From Balanoglossus misakiensis (lineage: Eukaryota > Animalia > Hemichordata): a stretch of 64,000 bases of DNA. The translations under genes and the position numbers were made by a program. The notes beneath the pieces were generated by a model that was given only the letters and a program-made list of their open reading frames with translations, was not told where the DNA came from and searched no databases. This document shows, one piece after another, positions 13,001 to 27,400 of the stretch. The first letter of the stretch is position 1. The number at the start of each line of letters is the position of its first letter. The stretch is from the NCBI GenBank assembly GCA_040954595.2, contig CM082579.2, positions 1,563,908-1,627,907 of the forward strand. The letters run 5' to 3'.

Positions 13001-16000
13001 TACAGTGGTAGGGTCTTCATGTCGCAGCTCAGCCTCTTGAACTTGTTCAGCCAAAGTTTTGTACATTGTACGTCGAATGCTACACAAAAGAGGAAGACAT
13101 GAAAATAATTGGACTTTTTTATGAATATTGAATGTCATTCACATAATTGCCATTTAGGAAAAATCTTCACAGGAAAGTGATATCTAAAGGGGTCACATAT
13201 TTTTTGCACAATTACACATGAGGAAAAAAATCAGCTTGCTAAGTCTGATGAACTTTCGTTGACCTTCGCAGCATTGGTAATACATCCAGCTTGCATTCTC
13301 TTGTGTCCACGCATACCAAGGGGTTGGTATAGTCTGCTTGTTGATGCATGCAGAATTCTGAATTAAAATGTCACTCTGGGTCACTGGCTTGTACAATCTA
13401 CAGCAATGCATGCCATTCTCCAGATCTTGTGCAGGCTAAACTGAATGCTGCTGAAAAAAAAGGCTGATTGACCATAGAATTGCTTATAACTGCAAATGCA
13501 TTGAATACTCCTCACAGACTACCGTCACTGAGAAAGTATGAAGCCAAGCGTTACTACGAGCAAATCTACATGTACTTGTTCCCCTGGCAACACCTAGATT
13601 CAGGAATTTTTTTCCGAGTGATAAGATGAGGTCAGAACCCGATTCAATGACATGGAAATGAATCTGATTTTAATGTCCCATTTTCTAATATCCTAATTTC
13701 CATTCCACACTTCACCTATTAGAACATTCTACCGATAACAGCTTCCTCATTTTCTTTGGACATTTCCTGTCATGTGTATCTAGAGTTTCTTGATAAATTC
13801 AACTTCAGTGAAGTTTTTAATTCACTTGAGTAGGGTGTAATCATAAGAGACTGATATTGAATATTGGTGTTCATGATTTCCTGTCTAGAAACCAAGCTCA
13901 AATTTGTGACAGAACATTTCAGACAAAATGTGTTTCACATCTATGACCTCACTTGTTCAAAACCTACATTATTGATTTTCCCGGGAATGGTGGTAGTTAC
14001 TTAATCACAATTTCTCTTCAGTCGTACGCAATTTTTTTTTATCTCTAAACATCATTTGAATTGTCAAGCATCTGTTGATTTCCCACATTTATCACGAAGC
14101 GTGACACGATTTGCAATCAGCGTTCTACAGAAACCAGTGAAACATTCTAAATGACTTTCATTTGTCCGAAAATCATTACGGCAGTCACAGTCTTCCCTGA
14201 CAGATAAAAGGTACAAATCAGTGCTCATCCCAGTCTGTCTGCATTCTCCAAACAGCTTTTTCCCGAGAAATTACAATTTCATCAAACCAAACGTGTAATA
14301 TTCAGAGAGCGAACTCCTCTCAGCTAACAAAGCATGGCAATCAATTTATTTCCGTTACAGTGGGTACTCAGCACTTTGGAAAACAGGCGTTTGCAGAGCT
14401 TGGCAATGAGCAAAATCTGTCATTAAAATGTCAATTGCAAGCGTTGAAATATCGCATGCTTGAGATTGAACTTTAATAATCCAAAATTAATTTGTCCTTC
14501 TCCATGACTACTGGTGCAACTGCTGCATACTTTCAGAGGCAAAATTTCTCATCCGTGAAGTGATGATCATGTGGTGTTGTTCAATTGGCATTTTTAACAC
14601 AGGAAGATAAATTGATACAGAGAACCGATACTACAGTTTCAGCTGTGCCTAAACATACTGATGTTAGAAATATACATGAACATAACTGTGGAAACATTCC
14701 ATCTGAGATATTACAAAGGTGATACAGGGCCACCGTACATTTATTTAAACAATCAAGTTAGAGGTCAAGTATCAAAAGGTGAAAGGTCAAAGTTCACTTA
14801 CACTTTCCAAATGATGTCCCTCATAAGAACTAAGATTGGCATTAGTATCAGCAACATCCAGAAAATTCCACTGGAAAACACTGCTGCTGCCTATTAAAAG
14901 GAACATAAAAAATACACTATTTCGAGGAAGAGTCAACATAATTTCTAAAATGAATTTTTTTTTAAAGTAGCTTATGTTTAAAGTACAGTGTTCACATAAA
15001 ACTTAATACTTTTATAGGAAAAACACGTACTAAAAACATACAGATCTAGAGTAATGTGACCTGCAGATATATTCCACAGCATTGCTGCACTTAATTCATT
15101 TATGATGACAGAAATTTATCATTTGCATTACCGCAAATACATCGACCCATCTGACACCGTGTCATTAAAAAAATTGCTGACCTCAATAACCGGTTGCAAT
15201 TAAGCCGTGAAATGTAGTTTCAGAAATATGCACATCATTATAAACGGATTTGCAATTTATGGAAACAAAGGTGGATTGACAGGTAATTTTATTAAAGATT
15301 GAAAATGCCAGCTGGTGGGTTACACGACTGGAAGTGTATGATGCCCAATTGTGAAGATTTTGAATATGAGGTACCAACCTGGCCAGACATCTCAGGAGAC
15401 ACGGGAATGACCGGCCACGTCAGAGAATAAAAGCCGAAGAAAACGACCCAGAAGAGAATACTCCCCCAAATCGCAAAATGGGAACACTGAAACGAAAGAT
15501 GGTTAACATGTCATATCAAATGTATCATCCTACTCTGGAAGGGAAATTACAATTTCATGTTCAGATCAATTTTGATGTTCTGGACGTAAAAAAAAAAACC
15601 CTGAAAATGGGAGTAGCAGCTGGCTTTATCAAATCATTATAGCATGCAATTTGGCTATTTTCTCTTTTGATTTCACTTTTTAAGTTGCACTGGGAAATAC
15701 TGATTTCCTGTTCGGGTCAGCTTTGATGATACAAGAGTGAAAATTGAACAGCAGTTGGGTTCACCATCACTCATATGTATGCCTGTCAGTTACATTATTT
15801 AGTTTTTAACAAAATATTAGCCTCCCTTCTCTAAATCTTGTCGTAGTAACAATTTCTCCTCTTCTGTTACAATTTTCAACAACATGACAAAAAATCAATG
15901 AATTTAAAAATACAGAACAAGGTCCATGATTGTGGGTTGTTTTTCCATTCTGCTAAAATGTCAATTACGAATTCTGTCACCGTTTCGCACATTTGAATTG

Positions 16001-19000
16001 TAAATGACCGTAATTTTTTCCTGAAAATTGAAAGTCTGAAGATCACTTTCCAATGACCTCGCTGACAACAGTGATGAATTCAAAAAAGAAATTTCAATTC
16101 ACAGAATATTATGAGCGTAATACGCGAAGACGGTAAATTCAATGCATTCATTTCTTTCTGAATTTGCTACACCAGAGGAATACTAACGAGGATGGTGAAC
16201 AAAACCTGACAATGAGGGGGCAATTCCCTATGCAGGAAAGTCTTGCTGTTTGTGGCGATTCCACCATTGACTTACCCAAGTCCAGGCGTCTGTTTCCAAG
16301 CCTGATTTCACACACACGACGATGACACAGTACTGTTAATGAGAGAAAATTGGCGAAATCAGCGACTCATTGAAAGTGAAAAACAGAGTCTGATGCGTGT
16401 CTCCAGCTCTGAACATAACATCATTTATCGATCTCCGTTTTTACCAGAAGAAAGGCAAAGGCTGTAAACAGAACTAATTCAGACTATCTTAAATACGATG
16501 CAGAATTTCAGGTGTGGAGTGGGATGTGACATGAGGGAGGCCTTATAGACAAATACAAAGAAACAGATTTTTATGTTACAGCCTGAAAAAATCACGATGG
16601 TTGGTTGGTTGGTTTGAAGGTCTGATTGGTTTGTTAGTCGACTGGTAGGATGGATGGTTCGTTAATTGATTGGATGGATTAGATAAGATAAACTGACAAT
16701 ACATACCGTATAGACCATATTTCCCAGGAAGTAATGATCCCCAACATGGCCACTGCCCCATGCAACATCAGTGACCAAGGCACCTAATGGTATCCAGAAC
16801 AACAATGCAGAATGGTAGAACGCATTGGCTGTCCACTGCCAGAATACCTACAAATAAAGAATTATCAAACAACGGTCAATTCTGTTCACTAATTGCCTCA
16901 TTTAAATTGTGAATTGCCACATCAACGAATGATACAACATTAAGTAAATACTATTCTTATTCTGAGGAAGTTAACAAGTTATTAAATTACGCTTCAATAT
17001 CTTCAGGCATGAAAAAATATCTTTTTGTTCTCTTAGCTTGTATTTATTTGCATTGATGGAGAGACAAGTTGCTATTCTCACTGACCTTTGTATTGAAGAG
17101 CTCTGAATTTTGAGATGGTTTGTACAGCTCTGGAAATTGTACTAGACTATGTTCTGTGCAGGTCCGGTCAAACAGACCAATGGCAAATGGTGGCAATGCC
17201 GTGAAAAACTGGAAAACAAAACGGTCAGATGTTATCTTTACAAAAAAAGGCAAACAGACTATGTACAAAATGTACATTGAGAGTATGAACATATCAGAAC
17301 CTACATGTAGTATATAACATCAGCACTGTGCCAGCAGCTTTTTTCATCTGATACCATCATTTACTTAGCACTGTTGTTATACCTGTACCTCTGCATTTAA
17401 AACAATTTCTAGCATTTTTTAAATAAATTTTCAGGACTTTTCAAGGGCATACAATTCCTGTCAACTCAATTAGATCCGTCTTGAAACAGTTCATTTTAAA
17501 AAGTCACCAATCTAGCACTGCCATGAAGATACTGAACAATAGTGGTATGGGATAATCTTCATGTTATGAGTGTGGATTTACATGTGTGAGGGCAAGAGCT
17601 AGCCAGTTTGCTCACATCTGGGCATGGCTTACCACATTGTAAAATGCAATAGTCCATGAGTCGAACAATGCTTCGCCTGAAAACATAATGATAAACTGAA
17701 ACCACAGCTAAGGAGACAAAAGAATACAACAAACAGACACAATTTAGTAGACTTACCACGGACAATACTACACCAAGAAGCCAAGATGCTAGTTTCAATG
17801 TGTTCTTCACAAGAGTAAAATATTTCTATGATAAATCATTCCCTCATAAACAAATGCCAACATTTCTGACTAAATTTTAATTATAAATACACTTCCTTAA
17901 ATGCCTTTTTTTAATTAATTTACTCATGGAAAAACACATCGAAACCTAGCATTTAGACTTTCACTTCCAAACTGTGCCACACAACATGCACCCAAGCTAC
18001 AGGGTGGGGACATTCAATGAACATCCAACAGGTACAGCTACTTACCACATTATAAAGACCAATGAACCAACGGTCAAACAAGATTTGAGCCGACATACCA
18101 TTCACCCAGATAAACCAGAACTAAAATGGACGTAGGAAATTAAAGGATAGATAACCATTTATACCAACATGCATGAAGGATCTGCTTGCGGGATCATAAG
18201 AAACTTCTATAAAAACAAGAAAATATTAAATCTTGAACATCTAATTCCCAAGGAGGCTTGCTGAATGCAATATTTTCTTTTCTCCTTTCTTTGACCCTCA
18301 TCCTCCATAATATGCCAGTCAACTTTCACTATTAAGTACAGTTAAGTGCCACTGCAGCTTTGTGGGTTCAAAAGGTCAAGGACAGCAGCTGACAAATGTA
18401 CCCAGGTTCTATGATCTTGGCATTTACACACAACCATAGATTTTTTCTCACGGGCATAAACTTCAGACATTTTCAAAACTTTACTCCAAAGTAATTTGAT
18501 TTCGGGTCAGAAATGTTTTACAAATGAGCAAAAAAAAAATCCTGAACAGTTTTTGTAAAAAGATGGTGTCAGTATTAGGTGCGTGATCTGGAGTACATTA
18601 GCACTCTGACGTAAATCGTTACAAGAAAATGATCACAGACTCTTGCATATGAATTACCCACAGAGAGACCAGCTGTCGGTACACAAGAGAGTTAACAAAT
18701 AGACTGCATTTACACATCAAGAGTGTATAGTTTTACTGTCTACAAAAGTGCAAAGTGTCTGAAAACGTCCATTCAGTCTTACAACCTCCTTGGGATTAGC
18801 CTACATTCGCACACCCGATATAAATATAAACTAGTTCAGCTCTTTCAAGTTTTTTGTTGTTGCTGAGAATGCAGACATACTGCAGAAGAGTAAAGATGTG
18901 CTACGTGATGAATCCAACCCTGAGTGCAGTAGAAACCCAACCAATGCAATAACCCAAGTGGCATGCTTTATAAAAAATTCTGGATTGTCAATAATATGGT

Positions 19001-21437
19001 CAAATGCATGTCATAAATATTCCAGAAATGTTCACTTTTTGACAGTAAATTTGTATCCAATATTTGGAGACATCCAAGGATTCAATGGATAGACACATAC
19101 GGTACAAAAAGAGAATTTGTAAGTTCGAATCCAAGTTACCTCGATAATGTATAGAGTAACATTCTTATAGAATGAATAGAGTATAACTTTACTAAGCCTA
19201 CAGTAGCTCCAGACACCATGCACCAACAGAAGTTTGATCAGGAATCGGAACTGAGCGATGGAATAATCAGAGGCACATGCTGCTTGTAGACCTTCATGAC
19301 CGCTGATACCAATACCAACATGGGCAGCCTGAAATTAAAAAAAAATCTCTTTTGTACACAGGCTTCTGTATTTCACAAGTGAATTTAAAAACAGACTCTC
19401 ATCTTACAAGATGACATCTGTAATACTTACAGGCAATGAAAGAGGGGATTTAAAAGGCATGGATCAAACACTGGATTTGCCTGCTTTTATTTGCAAATGT
19501 GAGAAATCTACCCATGAGAGATACAATGTACACACAGCTGGGATCTTTCGACTTTTTCAACAAAACTCTGTATTGGCAACTGTCCATTGGTTCTGCAAAA
19601 TTCTCAGCACTATTTGTTCATGGATTACCTGTATCATGCCAACATCATTGGCCCCATCTCCGATGGCAAGGGTTATAGCCTGACAACTCTTCTTCACCAT
19701 CTCAACAATTTCTGCTTTCTGAAGTGGTGACACTCTAAAGCAAAAAAAGGGCAAATCACTTTATATGGGTTAAATTTTACACAAGGAATTTTTTCCAGCC
19801 TGGTTGATTCATCTTTTGATAATGGCTCAAAACAAACTCCAGTATGGCAAATATTACAACTCTAAAAATGATTACGGTATGTTTTACTGACCTGCAACAG
19901 ATGACAGCCTTACAAGACACAGCCAGCTGTAAGAATTCCTTCCTCAGTTCAAATGACAGGGCATATTTCAAGGACTAGAAATGACACAAAAGTATGAAAA
20001 TAAAATCCCCTGTGACAACTGCTGATACAAGAAAACAGAATCATTTCAGCGATGCCCTGTGTTCATGAAAAAATTACACCAATGCAACTCGTATTTTAGA
20101 AGAACCATATTCCATCCTAAGATCAGATTGAGCTTAAATTTACAACTGGAAAAAGAGGGATGATTTACTGCAAGGAGGTAATATCACATTCAAAACCTTA
20201 AATTATAAATAGCACTTTATTTATACCTTGGTGAATGGTGTCTCGGTAGCAATTCAGGGCACAATAGAAGCTTATAAAACACTTCTTGCAGACTACAAAA
20301 CTCGCAATGAATCTTGGAAAGAGAAGGCTGAGATTACACAGCTGTTGTTTACAGCCAAGACAGGAATGTTGGTAAAGCTTACCATTCCGTCAATGACGAG
20401 GCCCACTTCGTTCTCTTTCCCCAGTTGGTCTCCAAACGTATTGACGTGACGAAGCAGTGTCTCTCGTGTGTCGTCATGGTTTTCTTCATTGATGATAATT
20501 AAGGGCATTGCCTCTTTCAATAACTTACATGAAAAGCCTGCACAATTGAGAAAATGTTAATTTTGTGGTTATTTTATTAATCATCTATCACGCCAAAAAT
20601 GTCTGTCATTGAGGATTCTCTGTAAATGCATTATACACATTCGGCAATTTTGTAGAAATAAATATATATATATTGTGAGATTCACAGCTGGTGTAATACA
20701 CAACATATATTGGAGGGGACAGGTTTACCTATATTGATAGCAGTCTCTTGTTTGTCTCCAGTAAGCACCCAGATTTTAATGTCTGCCTTGGATAGTGTTT
20801 CTATGGTTTCCGGGACACCCTGGGGATAAAAAAATGTATCGATTGTAAATTTTTATTGTGGGGATGCAAAAGGCGTGAGGAAGCATATATTGTTATTTCT
20901 GATAAATGAATGCTGGGAACAAGGTGTTCAGTGAAGCCCGAACCCCCCAAGGAGTTCATTGTTCAGTATCAGGTTTTAGAGAGATGAACAGCGCCACTAC
21001 GAGTTCATACACAAAGAATTTTTTTTGTCAATTTTGATTGAGGGCGCCATGATATTTTTTCTGTCTTTTCAGTCTGGGGCAACTCGGGCTAGATAGAGTA
21101 TAAATGCGTAGAGCTTGTGATATATGAACATCCACAAGTTGTTCTAAACAGATAAAGTGAAAATCTATTTTGACAGGAAAATACTAAAGAGGGTCAGTTT
21201 CACTTACCCACTGTAGTTTATCTTCAATGGCAGATGCTCCTTGCAAATATAAATTTTTCTCAATCAGTTCAGCAGCCTCGTCTAGTTTGGTTTCTCTGTT
21301 CTGTAAAGATGTGCTTGCTTTGAAGTATGTCTCGCTCCATTCCTGAAAGAGAAAGGGATATATCACTGTGATGCACATACACAGACAAAAACAAACTGAG
21401 ATATAAGTGCAAACACAGAGGACACATACAGACAAAC

Positions 21438-21476
<39 letters not shown>

Positions 21477-24400
21477 TGCACATATATTGTACCGACAGTA
21501 TTTCTTACCTCATACTCTTCCTTGCTGACTTCTCTGCTGGCAAAACACAATGTCCTTAAACCTGAAATGTGAAAGAGTGTGAATGTCACCCATGTACTTT
21601 AAACACTTCTTCAAAAACCAGGAAGTTTTATAATCAGGAACTAAAAGTGAGTATGAAGTGAATACAATAGCAACTGCACTAATGGTTTTTACCTTCATTA
21701 GCAAACTCTGACAGATGTTGCAGTGTAACCTCCTTGTACGGACTGTCTTCAGCTAGTCGCTCGTATATCACTGTATCCTACAGAGAATTGACAAAAAGTT
21801 TTACATTGTTTTGGCAAGGGATGATTAAATTTCTACAATAATCATATGGATGCATTTGTCTGAAGTCAAGACAAGTGACAGTATTCTGACAGACAGTTAA
21901 TACTGACATAAGACAGTTTTTTTTGTAGATTCAAAATAAATAGAGAAGTCAGATGCTGTTAAACATGATTACTTCTGTACAGGCACGTTTCACAGCTTTT
22001 AAACATAAAACTCTCACAAAGTAATAAATAAGACCCTACTTACAGCTCCTTTACAATACAGATATATATTTCCTTCTGCATTTTTTACAATCACAGACAT
22101 CCTCTTACGATAACTGAAATGAGAGAAGTGATACTAAATGTCAATTTTATTTTCATGATTCCACATCAAACTTCCTAGATCTTCAACAGCTCCCTCTTGT
22201 ATTCAGTTTCATTTAGCCACTGAGGGCACAACATAACAAAAACAGGAACATGACACTCAGGAACTTGTATAAATGCATGTTTATGTAATGCAGGAACTAC
22301 AGAAAAAAATAGACAAATCATGTTACAGAACAGAAAGGTGGAGAGGCATCATACCTGTTGAACTCTAAAACATTTAAAACTTCATATTTTTCTTCTTTTC
22401 CAATCTGTAAGAATGAAAGTTATAGTTTACAACTATTCCTAAATTTAATCATTCACTGATGGCCTGTAACTGACTTTCATCAAAAATGGAAGTCAGTTTT
22501 ATCAACCATTTTTATCACTTTTTTCTGACTGTGTCATTATTTTATAAGGAAACAATTCAAACATTTATGAACATAACTCCAACGCACTATTTAATAATAC
22601 AAATCAATTGGCTGTCAGTGTAGAATGAAATATGCATGTATGAATAAGACTGCCTGCAGTGGATATAACTTACAGCATCAAGGGTGATGTACTCTGGTGT
22701 CCTCACAGTAAACACAAAACCCAGTTCTTTGGCAGCTCTCACAAGCGCTGCCTCATCTGACAAAAATGGAAAACGCGTGTAAGATAGCTGTATGAAGAGT
22801 GGGCCAGATGACAACTGTCTAAACTGAATATTCATGCACGTAATACTCTCAAAGTGTGTCTGAATGCAGTTCATGAATGTCAAACAAAGAGTCCTTAGCA
22901 TGGCCACATTGGATTACACCACAAAACAAACTGACCAGGGTGTTAACCTTCATCTGTACAATGAATGCCTGAGTAATAATTACAATATGACATTTTACAA
23001 CTGACCTGGTGAGGCTGCTTGGTATTTTAAGATACTTGGATCTGTTCGGTCCTTTTCTGGTACGACTGTGTGACACACTGCCATGGAGGTTAGAAACTGG
23101 CGGATCTCAGCAGCTGTTCGCTGAAAGAGTCAAACAAATAAATTAGTGCAGTAGCTGCAACCACTCTCTGTCCGTCCGTCTGTCTGTCTCTCTCTCTCTC
23201 TCTCTCTGTCAGGTCTTGGTTATATGAGGAGTATCAAAAAAGACATTAAAACATTCAACTTACATGTCTCTGATATAAATTTTCAGTCAATCTTGGATCA
23301 CTGAAACCAGCTTCCTCCACGTCATCATCACCACTGCAAAAACAAAGACGATACAAAAAATATTAAAGATGAAGGTTCCCTTGACAAATCTCCTCTGAAA
23401 ACATAAATAGTATTATAGTCATCAGGCTGTGATAATTTTGAAAATTTCAGAATCAAATCTGTCTTGGCGGCTGAATCCATGCACAGTGAAACAATGGTGC
23501 AAGGTTTGACGTACCCGTATGATTCCCCGGCCACAGAGCACTTCTTGAATGCCATGATGTTTCTTGTCAAAGTTCCCGTCTTGTCTGAGAAGATGTACTT
23601 CACCTGTCCAAGCTCTTCATTCAGATTTGATGTCCTGGCAACTGCTGGTGTGTCACTGTCTGCATGGTACATGTCAATGTCCTGTGACACAGAGAAAATT
23701 AATACACAAAACAAAAGAAAACATAAAATGTGGCATAATAGGCAGAAACTCACACATCAGTGATAAAACAGTTGAGTAAGACTTACCCAACTGATGAAGA
23801 ATGCCTGGATGAACTTGACAACCTCTATGGTAACTGGCAAACTGATTGGTATCAGGTTATTATACAGAATGATAAACGTCAGATAAGTCATGAAAACATT
23901 ACTGTTTTCATTGTCTGAAAATACAAGACAAGACAATAATGACAAATTAGTGTTAAACAAATTATTGGGAGGAGGATTTTTTGAATGAACAAAGAGAAAT
24001 ACATTTATCAGGTACATAGGTAAATTCATGGACTCTTACCTGGTAGATACCAATGTGAACCTTTATGGCGAGAGTCCCACACTTCAGACGCTATGGTGCT
24101 CACTAATGATAGCGACAGTAACAGTATCAACATGTATACAATCTATCAAATCAAATGAAAATCACAGAATTACAAGTTGTGCCAACAATGTGTGTATCTT
24201 TCTTCGTAACAATTTTGTTTGGTTCATCCAAAACAGATTTTCATTTGAAGAAGTTACTTAGGTCAGTTGTTATTAAATTTCATATAAGAGAACGACACAT
24301 TAAACACACTGATACAATGAATTTCGAAATAGATCTTCCTAAATAAAGCTGTGGATTCCAATATGAGTTTTACAGTACATATGTACTTCCATACCTGAGT

Positions 24401-27400
24401 ATTTGTCATCACTTCCATGGTGGATCTTTTCAGAGGAGCTGATGTGGAGTTCTGTACAGACAAACCAAAAATAAAGACAGACCTCTTAGATCTATGCATT
24501 AGTACACACAGTGACAGCCCACATAATTTCGCCCCATTGCAAGTTCAATGCACTAAGCAAGGCTGTCATTTTTCTGCAAATCTAAGAGAAGGCAGAATAG
24601 ACATGAGGCTATGTAACTCCCTGGCTAAGAGGTTAACACTTCAGTGTAGGGTATAATGATTGGGTTTACACTCACCATCATGAGTTTACTTTCATGTCCA
24701 GTGTAGATAACAGCTCCAAACACCCACTGAGTGTTCTTCAACTGAGCACCACGTAACAGGACCTGGTCGGGACCTAATGGTATAGGCCTACGGAACAAAA
24801 CACAGTGTGTCTAGTCAACGATTATCTTTGATATTTTGTCTCGATTCAGAGTCACCAATTTCAAGATCAAAGTTACTACAATGGATATGATTGATACAGT
24901 GTCTTCATTCATACATCAATACGTTTAGAGAAACACCCCCTGCACTTACATTTTAGAGCTGCCTCTGAGTCTGATGTTTCCCACAAACTCGTACAGATGT
25001 CTGTTTGGTCCCTCACACTCAATTCGACCTTCCATGGCAGCAACATCTTCATGGATCAGCAAATTAGCCGTCTGTGGCAAACCCTGGCGCAACTTGAGAT
25101 TTGTTTCACCGTCTAAATTGGATGTTTCTACGTAGCACATGCCTTGGGGTTCACTGTAAAAAACAGATTTGATATGTGATGTACGCTGCTCTGTCAAATT
25201 TTCTAGAAGCAAATCACGATAGACCCTACCACCATGACACAATGCAAAACAAAAATTATAAAATCATTATTATAAATAACATAAAAAAGTATCATTTTTG
25301 ACAGTTTGTTGGAGTCACTTTCAAATCAAAGTTGATTTACCTGGATGAGAGAAGAACCAGATCTGCTGGGAATTCCTGATCATTCACAACTTTTGTAATA
25401 TCGCCGACTTGCAGCTGTGAATAAGAAAACAATTCACATCAACTGACTGCTTGTTCTAGGTCTACATTAACGCAACTCTGTCTGGGATCCAATATGCTCT
25501 GTGGACAGTGTCTACTGAATGACAACATCTGCAATCTAATTACTGTGGTGGTGTGGTTCAACATATGTGTCACTGATTCTAATGCGTAGTAATGTCTGAA
25601 TAAGTACCTATTAAACCCATCCACAGTTTAATGTACATTATATGGCATGTCTGCCTCGTAGCAACACACACTGAGTGAAATAAGATGTCTACCCAAAAAA
25701 ACTGATGATTCCTTACCTCTTTCCATTTGAGGGTCACCCATATTCCTCCTCGTAATACTGTTACATACATGAAAGAGAAATTGCAATAATAAAGGTACAC
25801 ATTTATCAGAGGGAAAGATAACTGTATTAAATGTTAAGAGCAAGATCAACAGCTAGGAAACTGCAAAATTTACATCAAGAAATTTACTGACCTAGTATTT
25901 TTCTATTATTCGTCTGATCATCAGCTATGTGTCTTTTCTGTAAAAGGAACGGAAAACAAAAAGTTAAATCGATGGAGACAAAATAGAACTCATTAATTTG
26001 AACATTGTATTTCACGATTTAATTAATGAAAATGATCAATTTTTAATGATGAAAAACGCCCCTGGTGATTTCCCTCAATTAGACATACATTCAAGATCTG
26101 CACAGTGGGAAGCCAGTGGTGAATTGATAAAGACATTTCTCCAACAGTCATTTTTCTATGTGCTTAAAAGGATGTTTCACCAGTACATGTAAAAGGGTAT
26201 ATTTTATTCACATCAGTAGGTGACTGATTGACTTCATTAAATTTTATTAACAACATACTCAAAATGTAACACATTTCATAATTCCTTGTTAGATAGAAAT
26301 CTATAGAATATACTTACAAAATCTTCAATAATTTCTTTTATGGCTGACACACACAATATAAACAACAAGGGCACTAGAGTAGTATATCTACCAGTAGGAG
26401 AGACCATGGGAATTTGCTGAAGAGAAGAAAAAGTGAATATACATTTTTTTTAAAGATACAATATTTTGAAAATCACATTCATAATGTCTTATTCTCACTT
26501 TGCTTTGTGACATGTTTATTTTAATTTTACTGATCAGGTTACAGCTCTTTTTTAGTCAAGTGAGTCATGTTTGCACCTGTCAAACATGACCCAAAATGAA
26601 CTCAGAAAGTGATGAATTAATTCTAAAAGTGGCAGGTAGGGAAGTATGGGAGTTATTTACATGCACCAAAAGATCTCACTGTATAAAATAAATATCACTG
26701 GCTGTATTGTAGAGTGGTTGTCTGGGTTTCGAACATAAGTATAAAAGAAAGGCTTTTAACAAACTTCATTTTAGAGTTGTCTTTTTATCCTACAATTACT
26801 GCAAAAGTCCTCTTTCTGTTCCTGTTTTTTTTTTTTTCAAATAAATTACTGAGGTCATGATGACCTTTGTATGACCCTGCACACCACAGTGCACAGTGTG
26901 CACGGTTGCATCCTGTTTTCAGAAGTATTTCATTTCCTGTGGTTTAAAAAGTTGATTGACTGATTATCGTGACTTACCTGTATAAGAGTGATGCACAAAA
27001 AGAAGAGATTGGAATACTTCCTGAACTGTTCAAACAAAAACTTGGGTAGAAATGTCAGCACATTATACTTGGCTGTGCTGTTGGAGAAAAAAATTAAAAT
27101 ATTTACTTATATGAAATCTCACTGTAACAACCAATGTTTGATGAGTGCATAGCATAATGAGCTAGGAATGGGCGTGACCCAGTAATACTTTACCTGACAG
27201 AATTGGACTCATATTTGACAGACTGTGCCCTGTAATTCAGATAAATTGATCTGACTTCAGCCTGTTCAGTGGGTTCTGTACCGCCTGAACCTTGGTCATC
27301 TTGGTGTTGTGGCCGTTCTGTAATTACAATGGATCAACAGTGAGCATTGACTCTCTGGAATTAATATAGACAGTGGATTTCAACAGTGCAGACTCACTGA

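Noticed and set aside
13380-14200. Alternative terminal exons of ATP8A at acceptors near 13450 and 14197
   Set aside because: Short open frames with no recognisable similarity to P4-ATPase tails; consistent with chance AG sites.
17757-17804. Third alternative exon ([16 protein letters not shown]|gtaagt) between variants A and B
   Set aside because: Strong donor but poor acceptor, no similarity to the TM5-6 peptide, and only 49 nt from the variant B acceptor; not supportable without reads.
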